Positions 1-9,733 of a DNA stretch of 32,000 bases are shown in pieces. Position 1 is the first letter of the stretch, and each line of letters starts with the position of its first letter. The notes under the pieces were generated by a model. That model saw only the letters and a program-made list of their open reading frames with translations. It had not been told where the DNA came from and did no database searches. This DNA is from Aliivibrio fischeri ES114. GTDB taxonomy: Bacteria > Pseudomonadota > Gammaproteobacteria > Enterobacterales > Vibrionaceae. The DNA lies in assembly GCF_000011805.1 (NCBI RefSeq), contig NC_006841.2, one strand, 5' to 3'. The position numbers and the translations under genes are program-made.

Positions 1-2264
1 GATGTTAATACATTAATAGAACCACTATTGCATCGCCCTTGACTATCAAATTGCAGCCAAGCTCCCTCTTCTAAACTAATGACTCCGGGCATGATCTGAT
101 CAGATACTTTTGCACCCGCAATAACACGTCCTCGCTCATTGTAGATTTCCACTAACTGCCCTGAACGAATACCGTGTTTTTGTGCATCCATGTCATTAAT
201 CAGTACATACTGACGTCCTTGAACACTTTCATATTTACGAACCTCTGTATTTGCCAGCTGGGAGTGTAATCGCATGTAAGGATGAGGGCTCACAACATGA
301 ACTTGGTTTGGTTTTGCGTTTCCTAAATATTCAAACGGTTCTAAAAATGTTGGCATTGGTGGACAATTTTTCACATCAAAATTTGCAATATCTTGGCAGT
401 AAAGCTCTATTTTTCCTGATGTGGTATGCAAAGGATGCTTATCTGGATCTTGATAAAAATCACCATGTCTTACCCACTGATTTGCCTCTTGAGGTACAGG
501 TAATAAAGCGACTCCATTTTTCCAAAACTCATCAAATGATAAGGTTGCTGATGAGGCGTGATAAGCACGTTTCAAAATATCATCAAACGCTAAACCATCT
601 GTAAATTTCTCTTCAACATTGAATATCTCGGCTAATTTACGAAAGATTTCGAAATCATCAAGACTTTCACCGTAAGGCTTAATGACCTGACGCATAGCAT
701 AAATTTTATCGTTACTGTACGTACCACCAGAAGAAAGATCATTACGCTCTAACGTACTGGTTGCAGGCAATACAATATCGGCATATCGAGAAGAAGCACA
801 CCACCATGGGTCTTGGCAGACAAACGTTTCAACCTTTTCATTAAGTGCATTAATAAGTTCATTCGTATCTTGCTGATGAGAAAGAAGATTATTGCCTGCG
901 TTATACACCATTTTGATATCAGGGTACGTGTATTCAATACCATCTCTAGTAAAGCTTTTTCCTGGATTCATCAGCATTTCAGAAATACGAGATGCAGGAC
1001 AAATCGCACTCACTGGATTTTTACCTTGAGATAAGCCAATAGGAAGTGTTTTCCCTGATTGTGGCATACCACCATTACCATAATGCCAACTAAAGCCAAC
1101 CCCTTCTCCCGGCTTACCAATTTTGCCTAGCATAGCTGCAAAATTAATGATCGCCCAATGGATCATCTCACCATGATCGGCTCTTTGTAATGACCAACCC
1201 GCCGCAAATTGGGTTTTACTGGTTGCGAATCGAATGGCCATTTTTTGAATATCCTCAGCAGGAATACCCGTGATCTTTGCAGCCCATTCTGGTGATTTTA
1301 CGATGCCATCATTTTTTCCCATTAAATGGTCGATGTATTTGTCAGCCCCTACGGTATAACGAGCCAAATAAGCGGTATCATGAAGATCGTTAACATAAAC
1401 ATGCTGTGCCATGGCTAAAAATAAAGCGGTATCTGTATTTGGAACAATTTTCACCCACTCCGCATCCAATTCATCATCGGTACGGGTCTGTTGTGGGTTA
1501 ATTGAAATAAACTGAATGCCATTTTCAGCAAACTGCTTCCAATGAGAATACATTTGATGATCCGCAACACGAAATTCAATGCGGTTGTTTTTCCAAGGAT
1601 CACAGCCTATCAGAACAAAGATTTCTGTGTTCTCTTGAATTACAGGCCATGCGGTTTGTGGTGAGTATACTTCCATATCACCAATAACATGAGGAAGAAT
1701 AACTTGTGAGGCACCACCAGAATAATCACCCGTCGTCGTACTCTGTCCACCAATTAGATTGAAAAAACGCCCTTGTAATACTTGAGGACGCATTAAACCA
1801 GCATGCGACCATCCACCATAAGAACTACTGAAAATAGCTTCATTCCCATGTTCTGTTGCAGTAGTTTGAATTGCATCAGCAACCAAAGATAAAGCGGTAT
1901 CCCAGCTAACTCGCACAAAAGGTTCTTTACCACGCAAGTGCGGTTTCGTATCCCCTTTTGGATCGGCTAAATAGGAAGCCCTTACCATCGGGTATTTAAC
2001 GCGAGTTTTATCATAAACTCGACCGATTAAACCTTCTGTCAGCATTTCGGTAGGCATAGCATCGAGCTCTTTACGAGGTTGAATACCAACAAGAACACCC
2101 GCCTTTACAATTGCGTTAAATGGTCCCCAATGGCTAGCATGAGGAATGACTTCTACATCCTCATCATCAAAAAATTTAGAAGCGGGATAAACCATTAAAC
2201 CACCACCCGCAACAATAGCAGTCGCAATGGAGGTTTTTAAAAAAGTACGTCGAGAAAGAGTCAT
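1..2264 (-). CDS. Molybdopterin-dependent oxidoreductase of the TMAO/DMSO/biotin-sulfoxide reductase family, Tat-exported; 3' end lies outside the window
   Basis: Translated by eye on the minus strand from ATG at 2264-2262: MTLSRRTFLKTSIATAIVAGGG (twin-arginine SRRTFLK), then an open frame including EKVETFVCQDPWWCASSRYADIVLPATSTLERND and ...LQFDSQGRCNSGSINVLT near position 1. Runs off the left edge. Confidence 0.88.
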   Translation of the reverse strand, partial: MTLSRRTFLKTSIATAIVAGGGLMVYPASKFFDDEDVEVIPHASHWGPFNAIVKAGVLVGIQPRKELDAMPTEMLTEGLIGRVYDKTRVKYPMVRASYLADPKGDTKPHLRGKEPFVRVSWDTALSLVADAIQTTATEHGNEAIFSSSYGGWSHAGLMRPQVLQGRFFNLIGGQSTTTGDYSGGASQVILPHVIGDMEVYSPQTAWPVIQENTEIFVLIGCDPWKNNRIEFRVADHQMYSHWKQFAENGIQFISINPQQTRTDDELDAEWVKIVPNTDTALFLAMAQHVYVNDLHDTAYLARYTVGADKYIDHLMGKNDGIVKSPEWAAKITGIPAEDIQKMAIRFATSKTQFAAGWSLQRADHGEMIHWAIINFAAMLGKIGKPGEGVGFSWHYGNGGMPQSGKTLPIGLSQGKNPVSAICPASRISEMLMNPGKSFTRDGIEYTYPDIKMVYNAGNNLLSHQQDTNELINALNEKVETFVCQDPWWCASSRYADIVLPATSTLERNDLSSGGTYSNDKIYAMRQVIKPYGESLDDFEIFRKLAEIFNVEEKFTDGLAFDDILKRAYHASSATLSFDEFWKNGVALLPVPQEANQWVRHGDFYQDPDKHPLHTTSGKIELYCQDIANFDVKNCPPMPTFLEPFEYLGNAKPNQVHVVSPHPYMRLHSQLANTEVRKYESVQGRQYVLINDMDAQKHGIRSGQLVEIYNERGRVIAGAKVSDQIMPGVISLEEGAWLQFDSQGRCNSGSINVLT

Positions 2265-2475
2265 AATGCATTCCGTATTTTTAGTCTATTTATCACTTAT
2301 CAATAGTGAATAAATCCTTAACAGATGCATTCTAAACCTATAAAGATTCATTTTATATGCACATTATAAATAAATAAGAACATACGTAACTTAAAACAGA
2401 ATCATTCTTACACGTTATCTACCATTTCTTCTATTTTGAAAGATTTTAGCTTCTCTTTTCATGAAATATTGAATT

Positions 2476-3993
2476 TTAAAAGAATGATTCCATTTTGGAT
2501 GAGTAGCAAGTTATCCCTTTTCTTAATAAATTATTCTTTGGTCTGTTTGCCCGTCCGGTTATTTTCTCTATTGTTTGCTCCCATCGAGATGGTGCAAGTA
2601 AGCGTCTACTAAGCGGAGATTGATCTTGAGTATATTCATTTTTAAATATAGCTATCACTTCTTGAGTTTCATATACACCCAGTATTTTCATATTAATAGC
2701 AGAAATATCTAACTCAAAATTGCCTTGCTCAATTGCTAGTGGGGCTTCTTCAGCTTGCCAAAGGTTAATTTTTTCTCCGCAAAACAAAGCGATATTCAAT
2801 GCTCTTAATGACCATAAACTACTAGCAGGGCCACTGTAATTATCAACCAAACGAACATCTTCATCAAACAACCCTTGTGTGGGTAATCCTGCTTTTAACG
2901 CTCCGTTACTAATAAAGTATTTCAAGTTACAATGAAAAGCTCTTTTCGCTTCACCAATCGTTATTTTGTCGCTTTGTAGATCCACAGCCGCTAATAATGG
3001 AGCAGCAGCAGCTAAGCGATAGCAAGCACTACGCCCAAAAAAAGGGAACCCTTCTTTACCAAAGAAATAACGATAATTACCAACAAAATCAGATAATGCG
3101 TTGTTTATAAAAGTAGAATCAAAATCAACATCTATTTGAGTAAACCAATACAAACTGTAATGAAAAGCCCACGCATTATAGTAGTCGTAATTTCCTTTTG
3201 CTCCATCACGAAACCACCCATCACCGACATAAAACTCTTTTACTCTTTCGTATTTGTCGTATTGGACTTCATCTTCACCAGTTAACGCTTTCAATACGAT
3301 TTGCACGGTAAGTACAAACAAGTGCCAATTATTATCAACGGTTTCACACTGATTAACCTGTTTAAACCAAGTTATGATTTGACACTTTTCATCGATTGAA
3401 AAACAGTCCCAAACCCACTCTTTGCTCATCCATAGTGCCAGAGCTAAATCTGCACCTTCACATACTCTTTGATCACAATGGTGCAGCGTTCCCCAGTAAC
3501 CTTTATGTTGTGGGTTGGTTCCAGCTAAAAAGGCTTTACGTAAAATCTCAGGTACTAAAATGGGTTGTTGGTTCAATCCGGTAATAATCGTATTAGATCT
3601 CCCGTTAGCGTGTAACCATGCAGCTAATGTTGGTAACGTTCGACTCGTTCCTTCCAATGCATCAGTTCTGGCTGTTTGTTGACTTGGTCTTCCCGGATAA
3701 TAAGCATGGCTATGATCCCATACTGAATAATGTATAAAAGCTTCTGCAATATAGCTAACAATAGATTCACAGTGATATTTTAAATTGACTCTTTCATCCA
3801 TAAATACGTTTTTTATATACTCATCATGTTGAGTATAGAGTGACTTTTTATTTGCAAATCTGATGATATTTTCTTTCATCGATTTTAAATAGGTCAGCGC
3901 ATTTGGATGCTCATAAGCAATCGTAGGGCGCTTCGTTTCTCTTATTTCCTTGGGCTGATACCGCAACGTTTGTGGTTCAATTTCTACCTTCAT
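2476..3993 (-). CDS. DUF2264-family protein (GH154-like putative glucuronidase), no signal peptide
   Basis: ORF 2476..4026; the ATG at 3993 (MKVEIEPQ...) is the more likely start because the track start lies against the upstream terminator. Family recognised from the overall pattern (AWLHANGR, HCDQRVCEGADLALALW, YVGDGWFRDGAKGNYDYYNAWAFHY, FFGRSACYRLAAAAPLLAA). Confidence 0.7.
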   Translation of the reverse strand: MKVEIEPQTLRYQPKEIRETKRPTIAYEHPNALTYLKSMKENIIRFANKKSLYTQHDEYIKNVFMDERVNLKYHCESIVSYIAEAFIHYSVWDHSHAYYPGRPSQQTARTDALEGTSRTLPTLAAWLHANGRSNTIITGLNQQPILVPEILRKAFLAGTNPQHKGYWGTLHHCDQRVCEGADLALALWMSKEWVWDCFSIDEKCQIITWFKQVNQCETVDNNWHLFVLTVQIVLKALTGEDEVQYDKYERVKEFYVGDGWFRDGAKGNYDYYNAWAFHYSLYWFTQIDVDFDSTFINNALSDFVGNYRYFFGKEGFPFFGRSACYRLAAAAPLLAAVDLQSDKITIGEAKRAFHCNLKYFISNGALKAGLPTQGLFDEDVRLVDNYSGPASSLWSLRALNIALFCGEKINLWQAEEAPLAIEQGNFELDISAINMKILGVYETQEVIAIFKNEYTQDQSPLSRRLLAPSRWEQTIEKITGRANRPKNNLLRKGITCYSSKMESFF

Positions 3994-4020
3994 TATTGAT
4001 TGTCCTTTCAAAACGAAAAA

Positions 4021-4048
4021 AGCCACAAAACGCGGTGGTCATGTGGCT
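4021..4048 (-). terminator. Rho-independent terminator downstream of the 4064..5677 sulfatase gene
   Basis: Minus strand reads AGCCACA-(14 nt)-TGTGGCTTTTTTCG: 7-bp stem followed by a T tract. Confidence 0.7.
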
Positions 4049-4063
4049 TAAAAAAACGTTAAC

Positions 4064-5677
4064 TTAGTCTTTTGCTGATTCAGTTAAGATTTGATAACGA
4101 TCTTGGCCCCAAGCAACTGGTTTTGGTTTATCTTTAATCCAGTTATAGAAAGCATTTTTCATCTCTTTCACTTTTTCAGGGTATTTTTTAGCTAAATCAA
4201 TCGACTCTGAAGGATCTTCTTTATCATTAAATAGCTTCACCTTATTTGAACCATCATCATAGAAATACAACGCCCAATCTTGATCACGAATCGCCCATGA
4301 GCCTTTAGACAGTTTTTCTAAATTTGGGTTATTCGGAATTGTATTGGTTTCATAGGTGATCCACTTCCAATAGCCATACCAGAACGCATCATTTTCTTCA
4401 CTGTAATGTTTCGCTCCAGGGCCTGCCCAGTATAAGTATTGGTGAGGTGATGTTTCTGTCTTCCCTTCTAAAACAGGCATAATGTTTTTACCATCCACCT
4501 GCATATCTTCTGGAATATCAATGCCTGCCGCAGCTAGAGCCGTTGGTAAAATATCCAATGCTGAGATCAGTGAATCGCTTTCACCACCAGCTGGAATGTG
4601 TTTTGGCCAGTAAGCGACAAATGGGACTCTGACACCACCGTTATACATTTGCCCTTTAAAGCCTTTATCCATTCCATTCATTGGCATTGGCGACTCATGA
4701 ACGGCTCCGTTATCAGATAAGAAGAATATGATGGTATTATCTAACTCTCCTTTCTTCTCTAAGTTATCCATAATAATACCAAGACTTTCATCTGCCGCAT
4801 TAATCGCCGCAAAATACTTGTCCGCCTCAACATTACCAGTATTAAATCTATCCATGTATTTTGCAGGAGATGCTTCTTCTAATGGAATATGAGGTACGCT
4901 AAATGCGAGGTTAACAAAGAAAGGTTTGTCACCACTTTCATCAATAAACTTCAGTGCTTGCTCGGTTAAATTATGCGTTAAATAACCCGGAGCAGAGATA
5001 TTTTTACCATTTTGCCAAATAGCTGGTGAATCCCATAAAGCGGCACCCGATGCGTAAAAACTGTATGAATAATCGAAACCACGCTCTTCTGGGCCATAGC
5101 CTTTTGGCGTTACTGTGATTTGGTTGTCATGATAATCGCGTGTACGCTTATCTTCATCAACCAAGTTTTTGCCTTTAATCTTGGCATTATGCCATTTACC
5201 GATTGTCGCTGTTCGATAACCATTTTCTTGGAAAAGTGCTGGCAATAATTTGATATCTAAAGGGATACCCAATTTTGCATCATCATTACTGTATGTACCA
5301 AAACTAGTTGGATGACGACCAGTAAAAATCCCTGCACGAGATGGGCCACAAACAGGGTGTGCCACAAATGCGTTAGTCATTTTAACGCCATTTGCGGCCA
5401 GTTTTTCAACATTTGGCATTGCCCGCTGAGCAGCGTCGATCATTTTATCTAAATCCCCCTGATAACGAACAGGGACAGAACGCTTAGCTAATTCAGACTT
5501 ATCCAAACTGTCTAGGGCAAAATTAAGTTGGCCCGTGCCTAAATCATCCATAACGACAAGTAATACGTTAGGTTGATCAGGATTGTGATTTGCAGCATAA
5601 GAAAGCGAAGGTGCAGCTACACAGGCAGCAGCAACTAGGCTTGCAATTACTGTCTTCTTCGATGAGGACAGGTTCAT
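4064..5677 (-). CDS. Secreted/periplasmic sulfatase, Cys-type (formylglycine-dependent)
   Basis: Signal peptide MNLSSSKKTVIASLVAAACVAAPSLSYA; PNVLLVVMDDLG metal-binding start; C-x-P-x-R motif in AHPVCGPSRAGIFTGRHP; TIGKWH. Confidence 0.95.
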   Translation of the reverse strand: MNLSSSKKTVIASLVAAACVAAPSLSYAANHNPDQPNVLLVVMDDLGTGQLNFALDSLDKSELAKRSVPVRYQGDLDKMIDAAQRAMPNVEKLAANGVKMTNAFVAHPVCGPSRAGIFTGRHPTSFGTYSNDDAKLGIPLDIKLLPALFQENGYRTATIGKWHNAKIKGKNLVDEDKRTRDYHDNQITVTPKGYGPEERGFDYSYSFYASGAALWDSPAIWQNGKNISAPGYLTHNLTEQALKFIDESGDKPFFVNLAFSVPHIPLEEASPAKYMDRFNTGNVEADKYFAAINAADESLGIIMDNLEKKGELDNTIIFFLSDNGAVHESPMPMNGMDKGFKGQMYNGGVRVPFVAYWPKHIPAGGESDSLISALDILPTALAAAGIDIPEDMQVDGKNIMPVLEGKTETSPHQYLYWAGPGAKHYSEENDAFWYGYWKWITYETNTIPNNPNLEKLSKGSWAIRDQDWALYFYDDGSNKVKLFNDKEDPSESIDLAKKYPEKVKEMKNAFYNWIKDKPKPVAWGQDRYQILTESAKD

Positions 5678-5717
5678 TGTTTACTCCTTGTTATTATTTT
5701 CAATTTATCGTGTTGCG

Positions 5718-6950
5718 TTAAATACGTAGGGTATTTTTAATCAGAGGTACGGCATCAATCGCGGTTCCTCCTTGTTGAATGGCTTGAGACATTAAATGCA
5801 TGGCAGATGCGGTTTGCGTAAAAATTTGCTGATAGGATTTACAAAGATAATTGTGCTTATGCTTTTCTCCATCAAGAGAAACGAGGCGATGTTTAGGGCA
5901 ACCACCATAACACAAACGATACACATCACATGCTTCACATTGGCCAGTTAACTTAAGGGATTTCGCTGAGCCAAAACGCTTCTGTTGTTTACTTGTAGCC
6001 ATTTGAGCTAATGACGTTTGTTCAATATTTCCTAATTTATTTGCCGGATAAACATAATGATCACAAGAATAAACATCACCATTTGCTTCTATTACCATGG
6101 CTTGCCCACACTCTTTTGATTGCACACAAGTAGAAGCTGGGTATCCCATCCAACTGCCTAAAATACTATCGAAAATACGAACAAAAACCTGGCCGACATC
6201 CTCTTTAACCCACTGATTAAACACAGCTATCATAAACTGCCCATAACCATCAGCAGGCACACTAAAATGGGTTAACTCTGCATCTTGTGAAGGAGAATAA
6301 TGTCCATTTGTTGATTGCTGACAATTCGCATTAACTTCAACAATTGGAATAAATTGCATATGAGTTGAACCTAACTCTTTTAATGCTTGATACGTTTCTT
6401 TACCACGTTGCCAATTTTGATCGTTGATCACCGTTAATGTATTAAACTCAACCTTGTACTCTTTCAATAATTCAAGTGATCGCTTAACTCTTTCAAACGT
6501 TGGTTTACCATTAACTGAAATACGATATTTATCATGAACCTCAGCAATGCCATCAATAGAAACACCAAGCAGAAAATTGTGTTGAGAAAAGAACTCTGCC
6601 CATTGACGATTAATGGCTACGGCATTAGTTTGAAAGCTATTGGTGACAATTTTACCTTCAGCATACTGCTGCTGATATTTCACTGCATTTCGATAAAAAT
6701 CTAAGCCAGCTAATGTTGGCTCCCCACCCTGCCAAGAGAAATCAACCTCTTGCCCTTGATGTGAGCGGATATAATCACGCACATAACACTTTAACATTCC
6801 ATTAGACATATTTTCACTTGGCTCAGATGTCGTCTTATTCACCACACCATCTTTTTCTAAGTAGAAACAGTAATCGCATTTTAAGTTGCAATGAAAACTG
6901 GTTGATTTTGCCATCATATGAAAAGCAGCATATTGTGCATTAGAAGCCAT
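5718..6950 (-). CDS. Anaerobic sulfatase-maturating enzyme (radical SAM with SPASM-type C-terminus)
   Basis: CNLKCDYCFYLEK (CX3CX2C), DFSWQGGEPTLAG, C-terminal cysteine cluster CEACDVYRLCYGGCPKHR...C; adjacent to a Cys-type sulfatase. Likely start MASNAQ at 6950 rather than the 6995 ORF start. Confidence 0.93.
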   Translation of the reverse strand: MASNAQYAAFHMMAKSTSFHCNLKCDYCFYLEKDGVVNKTTSEPSENMSNGMLKCYVRDYIRSHQGQEVDFSWQGGEPTLAGLDFYRNAVKYQQQYAEGKIVTNSFQTNAVAINRQWAEFFSQHNFLLGVSIDGIAEVHDKYRISVNGKPTFERVKRSLELLKEYKVEFNTLTVINDQNWQRGKETYQALKELGSTHMQFIPIVEVNANCQQSTNGHYSPSQDAELTHFSVPADGYGQFMIAVFNQWVKEDVGQVFVRIFDSILGSWMGYPASTCVQSKECGQAMVIEANGDVYSCDHYVYPANKLGNIEQTSLAQMATSKQQKRFGSAKSLKLTGQCEACDVYRLCYGGCPKHRLVSLDGEKHKHNYLCKSYQQIFTQTASAMHLMSQAIQQGGTAIDAVPLIKNTLRI

Positions 6951-7170
6951 AACGATTCCTATCGAAAGTATTTGAAAGCAAGAGCAACAATACACGAAAG
7001 TAAATTAAGATTTAAAGATCGATATCACAAACAAACGAAAGAAAACAAAAATAAATAATTTGCGATATTGATCGATAAATAACCAATTCATTTTCGTTAA
7101 TCTACGAACGTAAAATATCGAAAGTGATTTTGCATCTTACAAATTCATTAATATTTAAAGGGAATCAATT

Positions 7171-9579
7171 ATGTATATGATCAAAAAACATCGTTTGAAT
7201 ACGATTGCTCTCTCTATGTTATTTCTATTTACGGGAAACGCTTACGCTGCAAAAAATACCCAAACACCACAATATTTACCGAGTGATTTTGAGCAAGTAA
7301 GAGAAAACTGGGCTGAAAATTATTTAGGTGATCCTGCTATAACGTTTGATCAAACGCTAAAAAATATGGTGACCAGCACCAATAGTTCGGCGCAAAAACA
7401 TTGGGATAGCATGACACCACAACCAAACGCTTCTGGAATTTGGGATGATTTACCATTAATAGATAAAGATACAACACTCGGTCCTAATATACGTAACTCC
7501 TATCAACGTTTATTTACCATGGCAAAGGCTTATCGTTTACGTGATGGCAATTTAGAAAATAATCAATTAATGCTAAATGACATCATGACGGCCATGAACT
7601 ACATAAATCAAAATTTCTACTTTGTTAATCAATTAGAATATGGAAATTGGTGGCAATGGGAGTTGGCAATACCAAAAGATATTCATAACATTTTAGTGCT
7701 ACTTTTTGATGATATTAAAGACAATTACCAAACCATTATAACCAATCACCTTAATGCTACTCGCTATTTCACACCAGACCCAACTCACTTAGGAGTCAGC
7801 CCTGGTGCTGCTGAATCAACGAATCCTAACTATCGAGAATCCACTGGCGGCAATCGAACCGATAATGCTCAAGTTGTACTTATTCGTGGCATGCTTGAAA
7901 ACAATAGTGAAGAAATCAGCCAAGCTATTGCTGCTCTTCCTGCGGTTATTGAATATGTGAGCGAAGGGGATGGCTATTACACTGATGGGTCATTCTTACA
8001 ACACTCTGATATTGCCTATAACGGTACATATGGCAATGTATTACTTGGTGGTTTAGGCATTCAAATGAACGCAGTCGCAGGCTCACCGTGGAGTATGGAT
8101 AACCAAACCATTAGCAACGTTTACAATATCATTAACCAATCGTATGAACCTTTGCTGTATAAAGGAGCAATGATGGATATGGTCAATGGTCGCTCGATTT
8201 CTCGAAGCGCTGAACAAAATCATGATGTTGGATTAAATATTGTCAACTCTATGTTGTTCTATACCAATGGACCAGATAGCGATAAAAATAAACAACTGTC
8301 ATCACTGATCAAAACCCAAATAACCGATGATACTTATCAAAACTTCTTTGATAAAATTTACTATGTATCCACGTATCAGGCTGCTCAGCATATTGTTAAT
8401 GATCCAACGGTTTCGCTTAAAGATCCTCTGATTGGTAACTTTAGCTACCCTTCAATGGACCGTATTGTGCACCGTCGAACTGATTGGGCTTTCGCTTTAG
8501 CGATGCACTCATATCGTATTGGTAACTACGAATGCATGAATGGTGAAAACCTTAAAGGCTGGTTTACTGGCGATGGCATGATCTATTTATATAACGATCA
8601 GCTTGATCATTACACAGGATATTGGCCAACCGTTAATGCATCTCGTATGCCGGGAACAACCGTAGATAGCCAAATCATGGCTGATTGTAGTGGTGAACGT
8701 GTAGGTGGAAATGTAAATACCAATATGCAATGGGTTGGTAGTACTTCATTAAACAACTATGGAATTGCTGGTATGCAATTTTATAATTGGAGTGACACAC
8801 TAAGTGCCTATAAATCTTGGTTTATGTTTGATAATGAAGTTGTCATGCTTGGTTCTAACATTAAAGACCAAAGCAATGCAAATAACATAACTACGATTGA
8901 GAACAGAAAGCGTTTAGCAGAGACGAAATTATTTATTGATGGTACAGAGCAAGCTGCATTGCCATATCAAGGTGCACCAGCTACTTTTAGCATTCGTAAT
9001 AAAACACTCGCTAACAGTGATTTAAGCTACGTTATGTTAACACCTAAAACCATATCAATAAGCCAAAATGATGTAGATGGTAATTGGAGTGATATTGGCA
9101 ATAGCAAAGGTGATGTTTCAGACTCGTACTTACAAGCGACATTAACTCAAGTAGATCAGGCAGATTATCAATATGCCCTACTTCCTAATCAAAACAATGA
9201 TACTGTACAAAACTACGCTCAACATCCTGATGTTACTGTTCTACGTCAAGATGAACAAGCACACGCGGTACAAGAAAACACCTTAAATATCATTGCTGCA
9301 AATAATTGGAAAAATAATCCCGTTAATATCACAGACACTATTACACTGAACTCAATGATGGGCTTTATGATTAAAGAAGAAAGTTCAAATACGTTCACTG
9401 TTGCAGTTAGTGAACCAATTCAGACTATTGATAGCGTAAACTTTACCTTTGATAAACAAGGTATTGTAATTAAAGAAGATATTGAAAATCGTGTGGTACT
9501 AAATGGCACAACACTTACCATTAATACCTCTGGTTTACAGGGACAATCTTATTCTTTCCAAGTAACAATTCAAGACTAA
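7171..9579 (+). CDS. Exported polysaccharide lyase family 8 enzyme (chondroitin AC / hyaluronate lyase type)
   Basis: Signal peptide ending GNAYA; PL8-type catalytic region YYTDGSFLQHSDIAYNGTYGNVLL with upstream NWWQWELAIPKDI and ESTGGNRTDNA; C-terminal beta-rich region. Confidence 0.92.
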   Translation: MYMIKKHRLNTIALSMLFLFTGNAYAAKNTQTPQYLPSDFEQVRENWAENYLGDPAITFDQTLKNMVTSTNSSAQKHWDSMTPQPNASGIWDDLPLIDKDTTLGPNIRNSYQRLFTMAKAYRLRDGNLENNQLMLNDIMTAMNYINQNFYFVNQLEYGNWWQWELAIPKDIHNILVLLFDDIKDNYQTIITNHLNATRYFTPDPTHLGVSPGAAESTNPNYRESTGGNRTDNAQVVLIRGMLENNSEEISQAIAALPAVIEYVSEGDGYYTDGSFLQHSDIAYNGTYGNVLLGGLGIQMNAVAGSPWSMDNQTISNVYNIINQSYEPLLYKGAMMDMVNGRSISRSAEQNHDVGLNIVNSMLFYTNGPDSDKNKQLSSLIKTQITDDTYQNFFDKIYYVSTYQAAQHIVNDPTVSLKDPLIGNFSYPSMDRIVHRRTDWAFALAMHSYRIGNYECMNGENLKGWFTGDGMIYLYNDQLDHYTGYWPTVNASRMPGTTVDSQIMADCSGERVGGNVNTNMQWVGSTSLNNYGIAGMQFYNWSDTLSAYKSWFMFDNEVVMLGSNIKDQSNANNITTIENRKRLAETKLFIDGTEQAALPYQGAPATFSIRNKTLANSDLSYVMLTPKTISISQNDVDGNWSDIGNSKGDVSDSYLQATLTQVDQADYQYALLPNQNNDTVQNYAQHPDVTVLRQDEQAHAVQENTLNIIAANNWKNNPVNITDTITLNSMMGFMIKEESSNTFTVAVSEPIQTIDSVNFTFDKQGIVIKEDIENRVVLNGTTLTINTSGLQGQSYSFQVTIQD

Positions 9580-9590
9580 ACTACCATTAA

Positions 9591-9620
9591 GGCTACAAGA
9601 ATTGTCTCTTGTGGCCTTTC
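9591..9620 (+). terminator. Rho-independent terminator after the PL8 gene
   Basis: GGCTACAAGA (9591-9600) pairs with TCTTGTGGCC (9607-9616), one G-T wobble, followed by TTTCTCTT. Confidence 0.75.
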
Positions 9621-9682
9621 TCTTACCTTTCTACTTATTCTTTATTTTATCAATATAAGTTTTCATAAATACAAATGAAATT

Positions 9683-9701
9683 GATAATGATTTGCATTAC
9701 T
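9683..9701 (+). promoter_or_regulatory. Fur-box-like operator upstream of the FTR1-type gene
   Basis: GATAATGATTTGCATTACT matches 14 of 19 positions of the classical Fur consensus GATAATGATAATCATTATC; about 33 bp before the likely ATG at 9734. Confidence 0.5.
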
Positions 9702-9733
9702 ATGATTTTACTCAATGAAATAGGATGTTTTTT

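Noticed and set aside
251-1034. Track ORFs 251..604 (+), 749..943 (-) and 813..1034 (+)
   Set aside because: They overlap the long molybdoenzyme frame, which is continuous on the minus strand and missing from the track only because it leaves the window.
2281-2310. Possible FNR site upstream of the molybdoenzyme (TTGATAAGTGATAA)
   Set aside because: Only one half-site (TTGAT) matches TTGATnnnnATCAA.
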